A stretch of 64,000 nucleotides of DNA from Candidatus Bathyarchaeota archaeon (GTDB lineage Archaea; Thermoproteota; Bathyarchaeia; Bathyarchaeales; Bathycorpusculaceae): positions 32,001-96,000 of the forward strand of contig CAWDYC010000006.1 of the NCBI GenBank assembly GCA_963806535.1, written 5' to 3'. The position numbers and the translations under genes were made by a program. Of the stretch, positions 31,465 to 41,076 are shown piece after piece. Every line of letters begins with the position of its first letter. The stretch's first letter is position 1. The notes under the pieces are model-generated. The model saw nothing but the letters and a program-made list of their open reading frames with translations. It did no database searches and was not told the origin of the DNA.

Positions 31465-32926
31465 ACTTCATCGCCTCTGCTGGTCTTATTTTTGCAGCTC
31501 TCCACGCAGGATATAGACTTCCTAAAGTTCCAAGTAGAACGGCTGCACCGAACAATATCAAAACAAGTTCGGGATTCAGTGTTGCTACAGATAAACCACT
31601 GATTCTTGTAGTGCCTGAAAGGAATCCAGCTGTTCCGCTTCTTACTCCAACGCTCGGAAGTAAAAGCGATGAAAGGGTTGGTGCTGCAACGCTACCTATT
31701 GCGATACCAACAACACCTGCAATTATGCTTAAAAAAATGCCTTCAAGCATAAATTGGCCCATAACTGTAGAGTTGCTAAAACCAATCGCTTTAAGTGTGC
31801 CAATTTCTTTGGTTCTTTCCTTGACAGTATAAAGCATGACAAATAACACTATCAAGCTTGTTGCTACAACCACTAAGATAATTTCTTCAACTGCAGTTGA
31901 GTATGTTTGACTGTTTGATGATTGTGCGTTTGCCAATTCAGTATTATAGGTCGTTTGTAGGGTTTGAAGTTGACTCAAACGAGTTTGATCGGTAGTAACT
32001 GTGAGCTCTGGATGCAATGTACTTATGGATGTTGCTACTTGCGATACCGCATCACTGTTTTGGGCAAAAACTACGAGACTAGTTATGTATCCAGTATTGT
32101 TGGTTATTGTTTGTGCGTCGGATAGGTTCATGTACAATGTTTGCGTTTCAGAAACGGATGATGGGCTGTAGATACCTACCACAGTAAAGGGTTGGTTTAA
32201 AATGGTAATGGTGTCACCTACTCCTGCATTGAAGTACGCTGAGTTGTTTTCGCTAAGCATGACTTTCCCGCTATCGCCTGCCTGCAGGTTACTTCCAGCA
32301 GTTATATTTGTTGGCAGTACGGGATAGTTGTTTACCAGATCAGAAGTCAAAGGAATTCCTTCAATCGTATACTCGACATTGAGACGCGTGATATCTCGCG
32401 TGTACCCGTTAAATGACACGGTGCTCGTTACGTTTTGTCCTTCAGAGGCTTGCAGGATAGGCTCAACAGTTGCAACTCCAGTCATTGTACTGTTGATATC
32501 CGTGTATAGGCTCTCATTCATAGGATTTGATTGACCGCCACTAAACGCACCACCACCAAACTGACCACCTACAGTGCCACCGCCGAATTGACCAGGCGTA
32601 AATCCTCTGCTGCCAGATGGAGCACCACCGGTTTGACCACGACTAAAGTCACCGCTGCCAGCTGTCCCGTTGCCGAAACCAAAACCTGAAAAACTAGGCG
32701 CAAGACTACAATCTATTTGAGTTGATGTTTGGTTAATTGATGCGCTAGTTTGGCTAATTACGTTGCTTAGATTTGTTGCTGCCGTGCTAGCTGTCTGCTG
32801 GTTAGCCAAAACACCTGCCGGAATTGAAACCATAATTGCCATGGAAAAACCCAACGCAATAATTACTAGTAACGCTCGAATTTTTCTTCTTGAAATATTT
32901 CTTATTGCTCTATTCATGATTCCCAT
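31457..32926 (-). CDS. MacB/FtsX-family ABC permease (paralog 2)
   Basis: RNISRRKIR, ERTKEIGTLKAIG and YPAWRAA motifs; Gly-rich extracellular loop. Confidence 0.92.
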   Translation of the reverse strand: MGIMNRAIRNISRRKIRALLVIIALGFSMAIMVSIPAGVLANQQTASTAATNLSNVISQTSASINQTSTQIDCSLAPSFSGFGFGNGTAGSGDFSRGQTGGAPSGSRGFTPGQFGGGTVGGQFGGGAFSGGQSNPMNESLYTDINSTMTGVATVEPILQASEGQNVTSTVSFNGYTRDITRLNVEYTIEGIPLTSDLVNNYPVLPTNITAGSNLQAGDSGKVMLSENNSAYFNAGVGDTITILNQPFTVVGIYSPSSVSETQTLYMNLSDAQTITNNTGYITSLVVFAQNSDAVSQVATSISTLHPELTVTTDQTRLSQLQTLQTTYNTELANAQSSNSQTYSTAVEEIILVVVATSLIVLFVMLYTVKERTKEIGTLKAIGFSNSTVMGQFMLEGIFLSIIAGVVGIAIGSVAAPTLSSLLLPSVGVRSGTAGFLSGTTRISGLSVATLNPELVLILFGAAVLLGTLGSLYPAWRAAKIRPAEAMKYE

Positions 32927-32958
32927 ATATTATCTAACCTTTCATTGTGTAATTTTGA

Positions 32959-33054
32959 AAAAGGCAACCAAAAAGAGAATCGAAGGGGTTTTATTTGGGC
33001 AGTTATAGGGCTTACGGCCTTATTTTTTTCCAATCCTCTTCTTGATTGCCTTTT
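32959..33054 (-). promoter_or_regulatory. 26-bp stem-loop in the 5' leader of permease operon 2
   Basis: Minus-strand AAAAGGCAATCAAGAAGAGGATTGGA pairs fully (with G-U) with TTCGATTCTCTTTTTGGTTGCCTTTT. Confidence 0.6.
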
Positions 33055-33073
33055 CCTTCATACTGTCGAAGAG

Positions 33074-33135
33074 TTATTAAACAATTTTTCACAATCTCTC
33101 CCAAATCTAACCCAAATTGTCTAATCTAACTAATT
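33074..33135 (-). promoter_or_regulatory. TATA box (TTTAATAA) preceded by phased ATTTGGG-like repeats
   Basis: Minus strand ATTTGGGTTAG-ATTTGGGAGAG-ATTGTGAAAA-ATTGTTTAATAA. Confidence 0.55.
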
Positions 33136-33241
33136 TTAATTGGTGTAGAATTTCATAAAAAACAAACTTCAGTGTTAAGAATTGAAATAAAAAAAATTTT
33201 ATGATATTTTTGGTAAGTTTTGCAATAGATGAAAGAAAAAG

Positions 33242-34231
33242 TTATGTTGGAGGCGGAGGTGGCGGCAGTTCCATTTCAGCATTTCTTTGGCGTCTTCTAA
33301 GTAACATGAAAGCAACGAGAAGGACTAAAACTACTATGACAACTATTATTGCAGCGTCAGTAACCAGCGACGAAGAGATTCCTAAAGGCGGAGATGCAGT
33401 AGCTGTGGGTTGATTGGAGGAAGTCGGAGAAGTGCTGGGCTGTTCAGTGGGTGTAGTTGTGGATGTTGTGGGAGTAGGTGTTGCTGATGGCGTTGAAGTT
33501 GACTGAATCAGAATACTATAGCTAGCTATTGAATTTGATAATTGGGCTGTGTTGTCTAGAGGTGTAGCTGTAAATGTTGCTGACTTTCCAGGCAACAGCG
33601 ATTGAGAAATATAATTTGTGTAATTCAGACCCACAACCTTTCCGGCTCCGTTATAAAATGTTGTGATAACCCAAACGGGTCCTGTTGTTTGATCACCGGT
33701 GTTTTGAACAGTACCTGTTAAAGTATATGTGCCCGTGGAATTCGATCCAGAAGCTGATCCAGCTGGAACTACCAGACCAGCATACTGAGTTTGATTTGTA
33801 TCAACTGCATACAGCACACGAGCAGTAACATTTGTTACTGAATAAGCCCAGTTTGGATCCACAGTTGTAGTAGTATCAGTAACAATTGGGGCGAAATCAA
33901 GACAAAAAGGAGCCTTTTGCCCTGGACTCAAATCAGGTATATAAGGTGGCAACGAACTCCCTGAAGACAAATAACCACCACTTGAATTGTAGGCATCTGC
34001 GCCTACAGCAACATTTCCTATTGTATTTGTACCAACATTTTGCACTTCACCGATAACAATCAAATCCCCAGCATACTGTGCTTGTGAAGCAGTATCTGCA
34101 GGAGCAACATACCAAGTGTAACTGAGAACTGTGGCTTCCGTAGCATCTGCTTTTACATGAGGAACTGACAACAAACTTACAGAAGCGACGATTAAGATGA
34201 CAAGAGCTAAAGCAATAAGTATCTTTTTCAA
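33242..34231 (-). CDS. Membrane-anchored surface protein with two FxLYD-like Ig domains
   Basis: Signal peptide, GEVQNVG/GTVQNTG and LSPGQKAPF/LLPGKSATF repeats, Thr/Pro linker, C-terminal TM, poly-Pro tail. Confidence 0.75.
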   Translation of the reverse strand: MKKILIALALVILIVASVSLLSVPHVKADATEATVLSYTWYVAPADTASQAQYAGDLIVIGEVQNVGTNTIGNVAVGADAYNSSGGYLSSGSSLPPYIPDLSPGQKAPFCLDFAPIVTDTTTTVDPNWAYSVTNVTARVLYAVDTNQTQYAGLVVPAGSASGSNSTGTYTLTGTVQNTGDQTTGPVWVITTFYNGAGKVVGLNYTNYISQSLLPGKSATFTATPLDNTAQLSNSIASYSILIQSTSTPSATPTPTTSTTTPTEQPSTSPTSSNQPTATASPPLGISSSLVTDAAIIVVIVVLVLLVAFMLLRRRQRNAEMELPPPPPPT

Positions 34232-34358
34232 TTACTTCCCCTCAATATTCCTTAAAAGACGTATTAACTTAATGATAAGTTATTAAACTTTTTTCAAAAT
34301 TAGTCCCGAATAGGTAACGTTAGTTTTAATAAAACATTATAAAAAAGAGAAAAAAAAA

Positions 34359-34916
34359 TTATTTATCAATTTCAGTCATATTCATTGTAACAATCTTTGT
34401 TACTTTTCCTTGGATTAAGTCAACAACTACGAGAGAGCGGCCAGTAGCGCTTTGCAAAGTTAAGTCTGCACCTGTGGCTTTGTTTACCACGTTACCGTTT
34501 CCATCGACCACCATGCTAATTATTGGTCTAACCGAAGTAATGTTGAAACCTTGGCTAAGCAAATTCTGAACGTCTGAATCATTTTTAGCAATATTAGTTA
34601 CGTTTTGTGTGAAGTCAACGCTTAATTGGATTGAACTGAATTCGCCTAATCTTCCGTCACCTCGGCATCCTCGACCCACGCCACTATAATCTCCGAATCC
34701 CAAATGACTGTTGATAAACAATCCAGCATTGCTAGTTTCGTTTACAGATGAAAGTGTGGACTGAACGTCGGATGCTACCGAGTTGTTAGCATCGGCTTTA
34801 GCAGTTGATTGCGTAACAAGCACAATTGACGCAGCAACTGTCGCTGCTATGACAATTGAAATTAATGCTAAAACCTTAATTTTTTTATCCATATCTTGAA
34901 TTTTCACCTCCATCAT
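34359..34916 (-). CDS. Secreted/membrane-anchored hypothetical protein
   Basis: N-terminal hydrophobic segment; probable start MDKKIK after GGAGGTG. Confidence 0.65.
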   Translation of the reverse strand: MMEVKIQDMDKKIKVLALISIVIAATVAASIVLVTQSTAKADANNSVASDVQSTLSSVNETSNAGLFINSHLGFGDYSGVGRGCRGDGRLGEFSSIQLSVDFTQNVTNIAKNDSDVQNLLSQGFNITSVRPIISMVVDGNGNVVNKATGADLTLQSATGRSLVVVDLIQGKVTKIVTMNMTEIDK

Positions 34917-34938
34917 TGAAAAACGGTTACCGATAAAT

Positions 34939-34993
34939 TATTAAATGATTTTTCAACATTAAACCACAATTAGCCCCAAATTAAGCACAGATT
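34939..34993 (-). promoter_or_regulatory. TATA box (TTTAATAA) preceded by 11-bp-phased repeats
   Basis: Minus strand AATCTGTGCTT-AATTTGGGGCT-AATTGTGGTTT-AATGTTGAAAA-ATCATTTAATAA. Confidence 0.55.
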
Positions 34994-35081
34994 GTGTTTT
35001 AGTCCAATTCAAAAGCGCACATTTATAACTTAAAATAGGTTAAAGTGACAACTAGTCTCTTCAATACTCGGAGCTCTTTGA

Positions 35082-35384
35082 ATGTCTTCAAATGCCCGTT
35101 CTCTAAAATACTTGCTAGGATGGTTGATAGCAGGTACAAGAGGAGGGCCAACTCGAGCGAAAATTATAACTGCACTAAGGCAGACTCCGCAGAATGCAAA
35201 TCAACTGGCCACCTTGCTAAAAATGGATTATAAAACAATGCGTCATCACCTTGACGTTCTTGAAAAAAACAAGATAATTACTTCCATCGGAGACAGGTAT
35301 GGTGCAACCTATTTTCTTTCACAAACTATGGAAGAGAATTACGGCATGTTTGAGGAGATTGTACATAAAATCGGGAAAAAGTAG
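35082..35384 (+). CDS. ArsR-like winged-helix regulator
   Basis: GTRGGPTRAKII, NANQLA and DYKTMRHHLDVL motifs. Confidence 0.85.
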   Translation: MSSNARSLKYLLGWLIAGTRGGPTRAKIITALRQTPQNANQLATLLKMDYKTMRHHLDVLEKNKIITSIGDRYGATYFLSQTMEENYGMFEEIVHKIGKK

Positions 35385-35402
35385 AAAAAGGAGCAAAAGG
35401 AA

Positions 35403-35843
35403 ATGAAGAAACAGATGGATAATAAAGTAAGAATCGGTCTCATATTTGCGATTTTAGTAGCAGTCGCAATTTTCGCAACATTTTTAGTTTTAATTGAAAA
35501 AGCACCTACTTTTCAACCAAGAGGACTCCCAGGAACCACTTTCATCCCAGGAGACCTTGAATTTTTCTACGCTGCTTATTCAATACTCTCTGCAGTCAAT
35601 ATTGCCCTTTTAGTTATCTTGACATTAATTTACCTGGACATCTACGTTAAAACACGCTCACAATTTACCATAGGGCTCGTAATTTTCGCCTTGGTTTTTC
35701 TAGTAAAAGATTTAACCTCTAGCCCGCTTATAATTTCGCTATTCAGATTTCGGGCTTATGGGCTTGGACCATTTGAGTTTCTGCCAGGGTTGTTCGAATT
35801 CTTTGCCTTATCAGTATTGCTGTACTTGAGCGCCAAATACTAG
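35403..35843 (+). CDS. Multi-TM membrane protein co-located with the wHTH regulator
   Basis: Four hydrophobic helices; RSQFTIGL motif. Confidence 0.7.
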   Translation: MKKQMDNKVRIGLIFAILVAVAIFATFLVLIEKAPTFQPRGLPGTTFIPGDLEFFYAAYSILSAVNIALLVILTLIYLDIYVKTRSQFTIGLVIFALVFLVKDLTSSPLIISLFRFRAYGLGPFEFLPGLFEFFALSVLLYLSAKY

Positions 35844-36057
35844 AACATACATCAGGTCTACGCATTTGACGTTTGAGTTTTTCTAGCAACTTTCAGACTC
35901 AAAAAATGAACAAGATTGGGCAGAAAGAAAATCGGAAGATAGAAATGTAATCTGCTGAAAGTTTTTTTGTTTCAAGGAATTTTAGGGAAAAAACTAAATC
36001 AACTAATACTGATACCTTTTTCTAAACATCCAAATCAACTTAAAGCCTCAAAAAATA

Positions 36058-37065
36058 TTGCTTGGCTTTATAGCGTTTAAGCTAAAGAAAAAAACTGATG
36101 TAGAAAAACTAATGAAAATGCCATGGAGAAATGACAAAGAAAAAATTATCGCAGTAATCTTGATAGCGTTAGCTTTGAATGCAATCTCCTTCGGCATTGC
36201 ATTCTCTGAAACTTTTAAGCCAGTCACGGGGGCTTGGGCAAGAGATTTCTCGGCGTACTACATCGGTGAATGGCGATTATTTCATAATCCAACAACAATC
36301 TATTGGGGCGCGGTTCAACCTGGAGATTACCCTATTCTACCAGCTCCTCAAACGTTCAAATATACACCTTCCTTTTTGATTCTATTCGCGCCGTTCTTAG
36401 CCTTAAGCTACCAAAATGCCCTTTCCGTTTTTGATATTATACAATTTGCTTCAATTCCACTCTTGGCGTTTTTTGTTTACAAAATAGTTAAGGGCAAAAG
36501 TTTAGTTTTTGCCTCTTTGGCCGCCGTCACTGTTTTGATACAGCCGTTACCTACGCCTCCATTGAATCACAATGCATTCAACTTTCTTCAATTCCGATTT
36601 TTCAGCTTGACTCTTCAACCATTCTCTCCTCCATACTACATAAGCTATTTTTTGGCTAACGCCCATGTGCTTCAAGTCACCCTTCTTGTGGGAGCTTTAT
36701 ACTTTGGGTTTACCAAAAAACCTTTGATCTCAGCGCTACTTTTTTCAGTAGGTGCGTTTGATCCCCGTGGTGCACTTATTGCGATTCCATTGCTTCTATT
36801 TTACAACAGGAAAAAAATAGTTACATTTATTGCAAGTGCTGCTTCATTTCTTGCCCTAACAAATCTACCCTTCTTCTACTACTATAACATTGGATATACT
36901 TTTTTGCAAAGCGAAACTAGAGGTTCAGTTATTTCGCTGATGTATCCTTATGATTGGCTTCCCTTATACGCCGTTCTTGCTTTAACAGTAATGGAAATAG
37001 TCGATGCAGGCAGAAGTACAAAATCTCAGAGTCTTCCTTTGAAGAGCAAAATTGAAACGAAATAA
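36058..37065 (+). CDS. GT-C fold glycosyltransferase (GT87-like)
   Basis: RDFSAYY and FKYTP motifs; multi-TM. Confidence 0.65.
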   Translation: MLGFIAFKLKKKTDVEKLMKMPWRNDKEKIIAVILIALALNAISFGIAFSETFKPVTGAWARDFSAYYIGEWRLFHNPTTIYWGAVQPGDYPILPAPQTFKYTPSFLILFAPFLALSYQNALSVFDIIQFASIPLLAFFVYKIVKGKSLVFASLAAVTVLIQPLPTPPLNHNAFNFLQFRFFSLTLQPFSPPYYISYFLANAHVLQVTLLVGALYFGFTKKPLISALLFSVGAFDPRGALIAIPLLLFYNRKKIVTFIASAASFLALTNLPFFYYYNIGYTFLQSETRGSVISLMYPYDWLPLYAVLALTVMEIVDAGRSTKSQSLPLKSKIETK

Positions 37066-37071
37066 TTTGCG

Positions 37072-38271
37072 TTATTCTTTACGGATTACTTCGAATTTTT
37101 TGGGATCTCCTTTAAACAAACCTATTAAATGAGTAATAAAATTCAGAAACACAGTTGGGTAGCTTAATGCTGTCCCTGCGAGTGCATGTTTCCAACCCAT
37201 GCATGCACCAATAGTGTAGGCTCTTGTTGCAAGCCAAACTACTAGACTGAGATACACAAAAGGCAATATTGCCGCCGGTATATTGATGATTCCTAAATAG
37301 TATAAGGGCAAACCAATCGTTCCAATCGAGAATAACCATAATCCTGAGAACCCAATGATACTTAATCTAAGTCTGTTCGGTAAAGGCAACATTTTTAGCC
37401 TTAAAATTGATATTTGCCCCCAAAGCCATCTGCGCCTTTGTTTTATTGCATCGCGGAAACTTAATGGCGGTAGTATGAAAATCCTCTCTTCTGAATTAAA
37501 TATGCTATAACCCATAATTGATGCTTTATGGAAATAAAATGAGTCTTCGTTGAGTATTAATTTGTGTTTAGTATTATGGGTGAAGATACTTATGTCATAG
37601 GAAACGTTCCGGTCGACTTGGCTGCTCATGCATGTTCCTTCGCCGTGAGCCCAAAGTGGTTGCCCAAAATTAGTAAAGAAATTGCAGAAAATACCACATG
37701 CAACACATCGTTCATAGTCAAGAATGGTGCTCCAAGCGCTTTGAACTTTTGGGGTAATTGTTCCAATGATAATGTCTGCTTGCACCGTTAAACATTCTTT
37801 TATGAATTCAAGGCTTGGCACCGCGTCATCGTCACCTTGAAGTAAAAGGTAGTTTGAAGCCAACTTATTTTCGTCAACTAAGTTCTGTCTTAGCCTCCGA
37901 GCGTATTCCAATGCACGACTTTTGTACAAGTCTTCACATACAAAATCTTTAGGAACAACAACAATCTTATCACAAACATATTCAGTTTTATGCATGTCCC
38001 AATCTTCAATAATTACCCATGTTTCCAAAGGCACAGACAACGCGTAGTTTTTTACTGTCTCAAATATTTTATTTACTGATTTAACATTACCAATCGTAGG
38101 TATTTGAAAAATAATTTTGTCAACTTTCTTATCAACTTGTCCTTTCTGCTTCAAGAGAGCTGATTTTCTTGTTTTGTTTACTATTTTTCCTATTCCTAAG
38201 ACAAAAACATATAGAAAGGGTGACAACCAGATTATGGAAATTAAATAGTCAAGTATTATCATTACTTTCAT
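37072..38271 (-). CDS. GT2-family membrane glycosyltransferase (egghead-like)
   Basis: KSRALEY, DDD, ED and QRRRW motifs. Confidence 0.85.
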   Translation of the reverse strand: MKVMIILDYLISIIWLSPFLYVFVLGIGKIVNKTRKSALLKQKGQVDKKVDKIIFQIPTIGNVKSVNKIFETVKNYALSVPLETWVIIEDWDMHKTEYVCDKIVVVPKDFVCEDLYKSRALEYARRLRQNLVDENKLASNYLLLQGDDDAVPSLEFIKECLTVQADIIIGTITPKVQSAWSTILDYERCVACGIFCNFFTNFGQPLWAHGEGTCMSSQVDRNVSYDISIFTHNTKHKLILNEDSFYFHKASIMGYSIFNSEERIFILPPLSFRDAIKQRRRWLWGQISILRLKMLPLPNRLRLSIIGFSGLWLFSIGTIGLPLYYLGIINIPAAILPFVYLSLVVWLATRAYTIGACMGWKHALAGTALSYPTVFLNFITHLIGLFKGDPKKFEVIRKE

Positions 38272-38509
38272 TAGACCATTAAATTATATGTTTTAGAAGC
38301 GTCAGACAAAGATGGATTTAAACTTTGATGCGGCAAGCTAGAAATCAATTCACCTAACGTACCATATTTAATGATTTCTATTGCCCTCAACTGAGCTTAC
38401 CTCTTTCTTAGTTAGCGTTTCCCCTTTCTCTGCATAATTTAAAAGCTTTGCTACAAAATCCCGCCAATTTACATTTTTATCTATTATCTATAATTGGGAA
38501 GAACTAAGG

Positions 38510-38594
38510 CGCCGAGGATGGGATTCGAACCCATGCGGACCAGAAGGTCCACGGGCTCTCAAGGCCCGCGCGTTAACCACTCTGCCACCTCGGC
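38510..38594 (-). tRNA. tRNA-Ser(TGA)
   Basis: GCCGAGG acceptor, CGGGC-CT-TGA-GA-GCCCG anticodon arm, long variable arm GGACC/GGTCC, G discriminator. Confidence 0.95.
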
Positions 38595-38736
38595 ACTGAC
38601 AAATCAACACTTCTATTTCGCCCGCTCTTAAAATGTTTACCGACCGCTCATGAAACTATCATCTTTTGTCGCCAAACTTATAGAGTTGAAGGTTAAGTCA
38701 AGTAAAGTAATTAACTAACGATGCCTCTTTTTGTGC

Positions 38737-39150
38737 ATGGCAAAGACAACAATACTTATTCAGATACCTCAGGACATATTAGACACGGTTTACTCAGGAG
38801 CTAAACAACTTTACCCAAGAGAAAGCTTTTTGCTATTAAGAGGCAAAAAAAGCAAAGGCTTAATCAAAATAACTGACCTTGTTTTAGCTCCATTTGCAGT
38901 ACATGGTGAAGGAAATGTTCATTTTAACCCATACCTCTTTTCTGGCGACTATTCATTAGTAGGCACTGTCCATTCACATCCATCAGGCAACATTTCACCA
39001 AGCCATGTAGACATGAACTACTTTTTTGGAAGAATCCTAATGATTGTTGGCTACCCATTTGAAGGCAAAAACTGCATTGCGGCATATGATTCCAACGCCG
39101 AAAGATTACCAATAGAGATTACTGCTCCAATAGGCTATGATTCAGAATAA
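38737..39150 (+). CDS. JAMM/MPN+ (Mov34) metalloprotease
   Basis: E...HSHPSGNISPSHVD JAMM motif. Confidence 0.9.
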   Translation: MAKTTILIQIPQDILDTVYSGAKQLYPRESFLLLRGKKSKGLIKITDLVLAPFAVHGEGNVHFNPYLFSGDYSLVGTVHSHPSGNISPSHVDMNYFFGRILMIVGYPFEGKNCIAAYDSNAERLPIEITAPIGYDSE

Positions 39151-39157
39151 GAATGCC

Positions 39158-39505
39158 TTACAATAAAGCAGCTTTCTTGTAAGCTTCGATAAATTCCACA
39201 GCAAATCTGTCAGCATTCTTTTCAGTGCCACGATGCATTTTGTCAGCCCCTTTGCTGCGTAAATGATGGTAAAACTCATGAATAATAACAAATGGGTTTA
39301 CCAGAATATCGCTGTTCTGAACTGAAATGGTCTCATTTTTGTTCGTATAGCAGCCAAACGCCTTAATCTTGTGACCTTTCGGTAAACCAACTTTCAATTC
39401 AGGTACATTAACCTTATAATTTTTTGATAATAGTTCAAGTGCGTTTTCTGTTTTTCCGTTTAGGATAAGCCAAACTACTAAAGGTTTGAAGTTGTCTTGT
39501 TCCAT
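39158..39505 (-). CDS. Small HEXXH zincin-like protein
   Basis: IIHEFYHHLR...EKNADRFA. Confidence 0.7.
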   Translation of the reverse strand: MEQDNFKPLVVWLILNGKTENALELLSKNYKVNVPELKVGLPKGHKIKAFGCYTNKNETISVQNSDILVNPFVIIHEFYHHLRSKGADKMHRGTEKNADRFAVEFIEAYKKAALL

Positions 39506-39563
39506 CGTTTGTCAGCAATACTGGGTTTTGCCGCCTAATTAACTGCTCACAAAAAAATTAGCT

Positions 39564-40814
39564 TCATTCACCGTAGGTGCCTCTTCTGATCTTCTCAGCC
39601 AATAAATGAATAAACTCAATAGGCCAAACGTCATCACAAACATCATCAGTCAAAATTTTTCTTTGATGATAAAGAGGAATCAAATCATTTTTCAGCAAAA
39701 GTATCAGAATGAATTCATGGCCATAAGTCCTTTTGAAAAGCGCATATTTGCGAGCTTGCGTTTTTGTCATTTCGAAATGTGGTTCAAGAACAATTTTTCT
39801 TCCGTTAACTTTTTTTTCTAAAATAAAATCAGGTGTGTAAACTTCATTGTCAGGCAAAGGAAAACTAATAGTTTCATAACCATAAGCAATATGCATTTTC
39901 AAAAGCACAAGCGCTGTTTTCTTCTCCCATCCACTCTTGTACCGACTCATTTTTTGATAGTAAGCGTGGGATTGTCCAGTTATCGTTTGCATGCGATCAA
40001 GAAAGTCAAGTGCTGTTTTCAGTGTGTAGCGGTTTAATGTTTTTTGTCTAAGCCATCTGCCTAAGAGAAAGAAGGGATAGTCAACTTTTGCTGGATCCGA
40101 AGGAAAAAGGCGTTTAGCAAAATCAGTTATTTTTCGCCTTGCAGCAGCTGCCGTGGCTTCATCTCGCCAAAGAGATGGAGAAGCAGAATTTATTAAACCT
40201 AAGCTAGCGGCCACATTAGCGTTCTCTTTTGTTAATGGAACATAGAGGTCTTCTGGCAGCAAATGATCATAAATTTGTAGGTCAGGCTGAGGACGAACCA
40301 TCCAACGCATGTAAATCCACGCCTTATCGACGTGTGGTCCTCCGAAGGCTTTGATATTTTGTGAAATATCACCAACTAAATCGATAGGTTTAGTAAATTT
40401 TTGAGCATATTTCAGCATGTTTCTTTCAGCGTTTATTCTCACAAATAAGTTAACTGACGCCAAAATTTCTGAAGCAGCTTTTTTGTTTGGACCTAAGTCA
40501 TGGTAAAAATCGAATTTTACAATTTCTTCTTCGAAAATATGTCCTTTCTTAATTTCAAAAAGGTTGTTGCCAAAAGCCTCATGCAGATACCCAAGAAGCA
40601 TTCGAGCATTTTCGGGATATCCTACAACTGTATCATCTAATATAGACGAAGCCATCAAGAAATAGTGGGCAATGGTTTTTCGCTCTTCGTATTTTTCTGA
40701 ATAAGGATTAAAAAGCAATCGTGGGCTCATGCGTCGATCCCACTGGATATCCGCAACATTCGAATTCTTGTTGATGAAATCAACAAGCAGAGTGAACACT
40801 TCGTCAGTTGCCAT
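39564..40814 (-). CDS. DUF2400/TIGR02757-like (HhH-GPD fold) domain fused to a C-terminal PD-(D/E)XK-type nuclease domain
   Basis: MRWMVR, YVPL...LGLI and DPAKVDY motifs; then SGWE...YTPDFIL...VLEPH. Confidence 0.6.
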   Translation of the reverse strand: MATDEVFTLLVDFINKNSNVADIQWDRRMSPRLLFNPYSEKYEERKTIAHYFLMASSILDDTVVGYPENARMLLGYLHEAFGNNLFEIKKGHIFEEEIVKFDFYHDLGPNKKAASEILASVNLFVRINAERNMLKYAQKFTKPIDLVGDISQNIKAFGGPHVDKAWIYMRWMVRPQPDLQIYDHLLPEDLYVPLTKENANVAASLGLINSASPSLWRDEATAAAARRKITDFAKRLFPSDPAKVDYPFFLLGRWLRQKTLNRYTLKTALDFLDRMQTITGQSHAYYQKMSRYKSGWEKKTALVLLKMHIAYGYETISFPLPDNEVYTPDFILEKKVNGRKIVLEPHFEMTKTQARKYALFKRTYGHEFILILLLKNDLIPLYHQRKILTDDVCDDVWPIEFIHLLAEKIRRGTYGE

Positions 40815-40998
40815 AGGCCCTTTGTCCTAAGTATACTAATACATCAGACAACGTACATTAAAACATCTCTCATGAAGAATAGACTTAGTAGAAATACGCC
40901 AAATTTTTTGAACATGGAAATAGATTAATAGAAGCGAGAATTTTGATATTGCAACAACCTATTAGACGAAGCGCCTATATAGGAAAAATAAGCATTGT

Positions 40999-41076
40999 GG
41001 GCCGGTCGTCTAGCCTGGTTAGGACATCTGCTTGACGTGCAGAAGGTCGCCGGTCCGAATCCGGTCCGGCCCACCA
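40999..41076 (+). tRNA. tRNA-Val(GAC)
   Basis: GGGCCGG/CCGGCCC acceptor, TCTGC-TT-GAC-GT-GCAGA anticodon arm, CCA. T-loop reads TCCGAAT. Confidence 0.92.
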
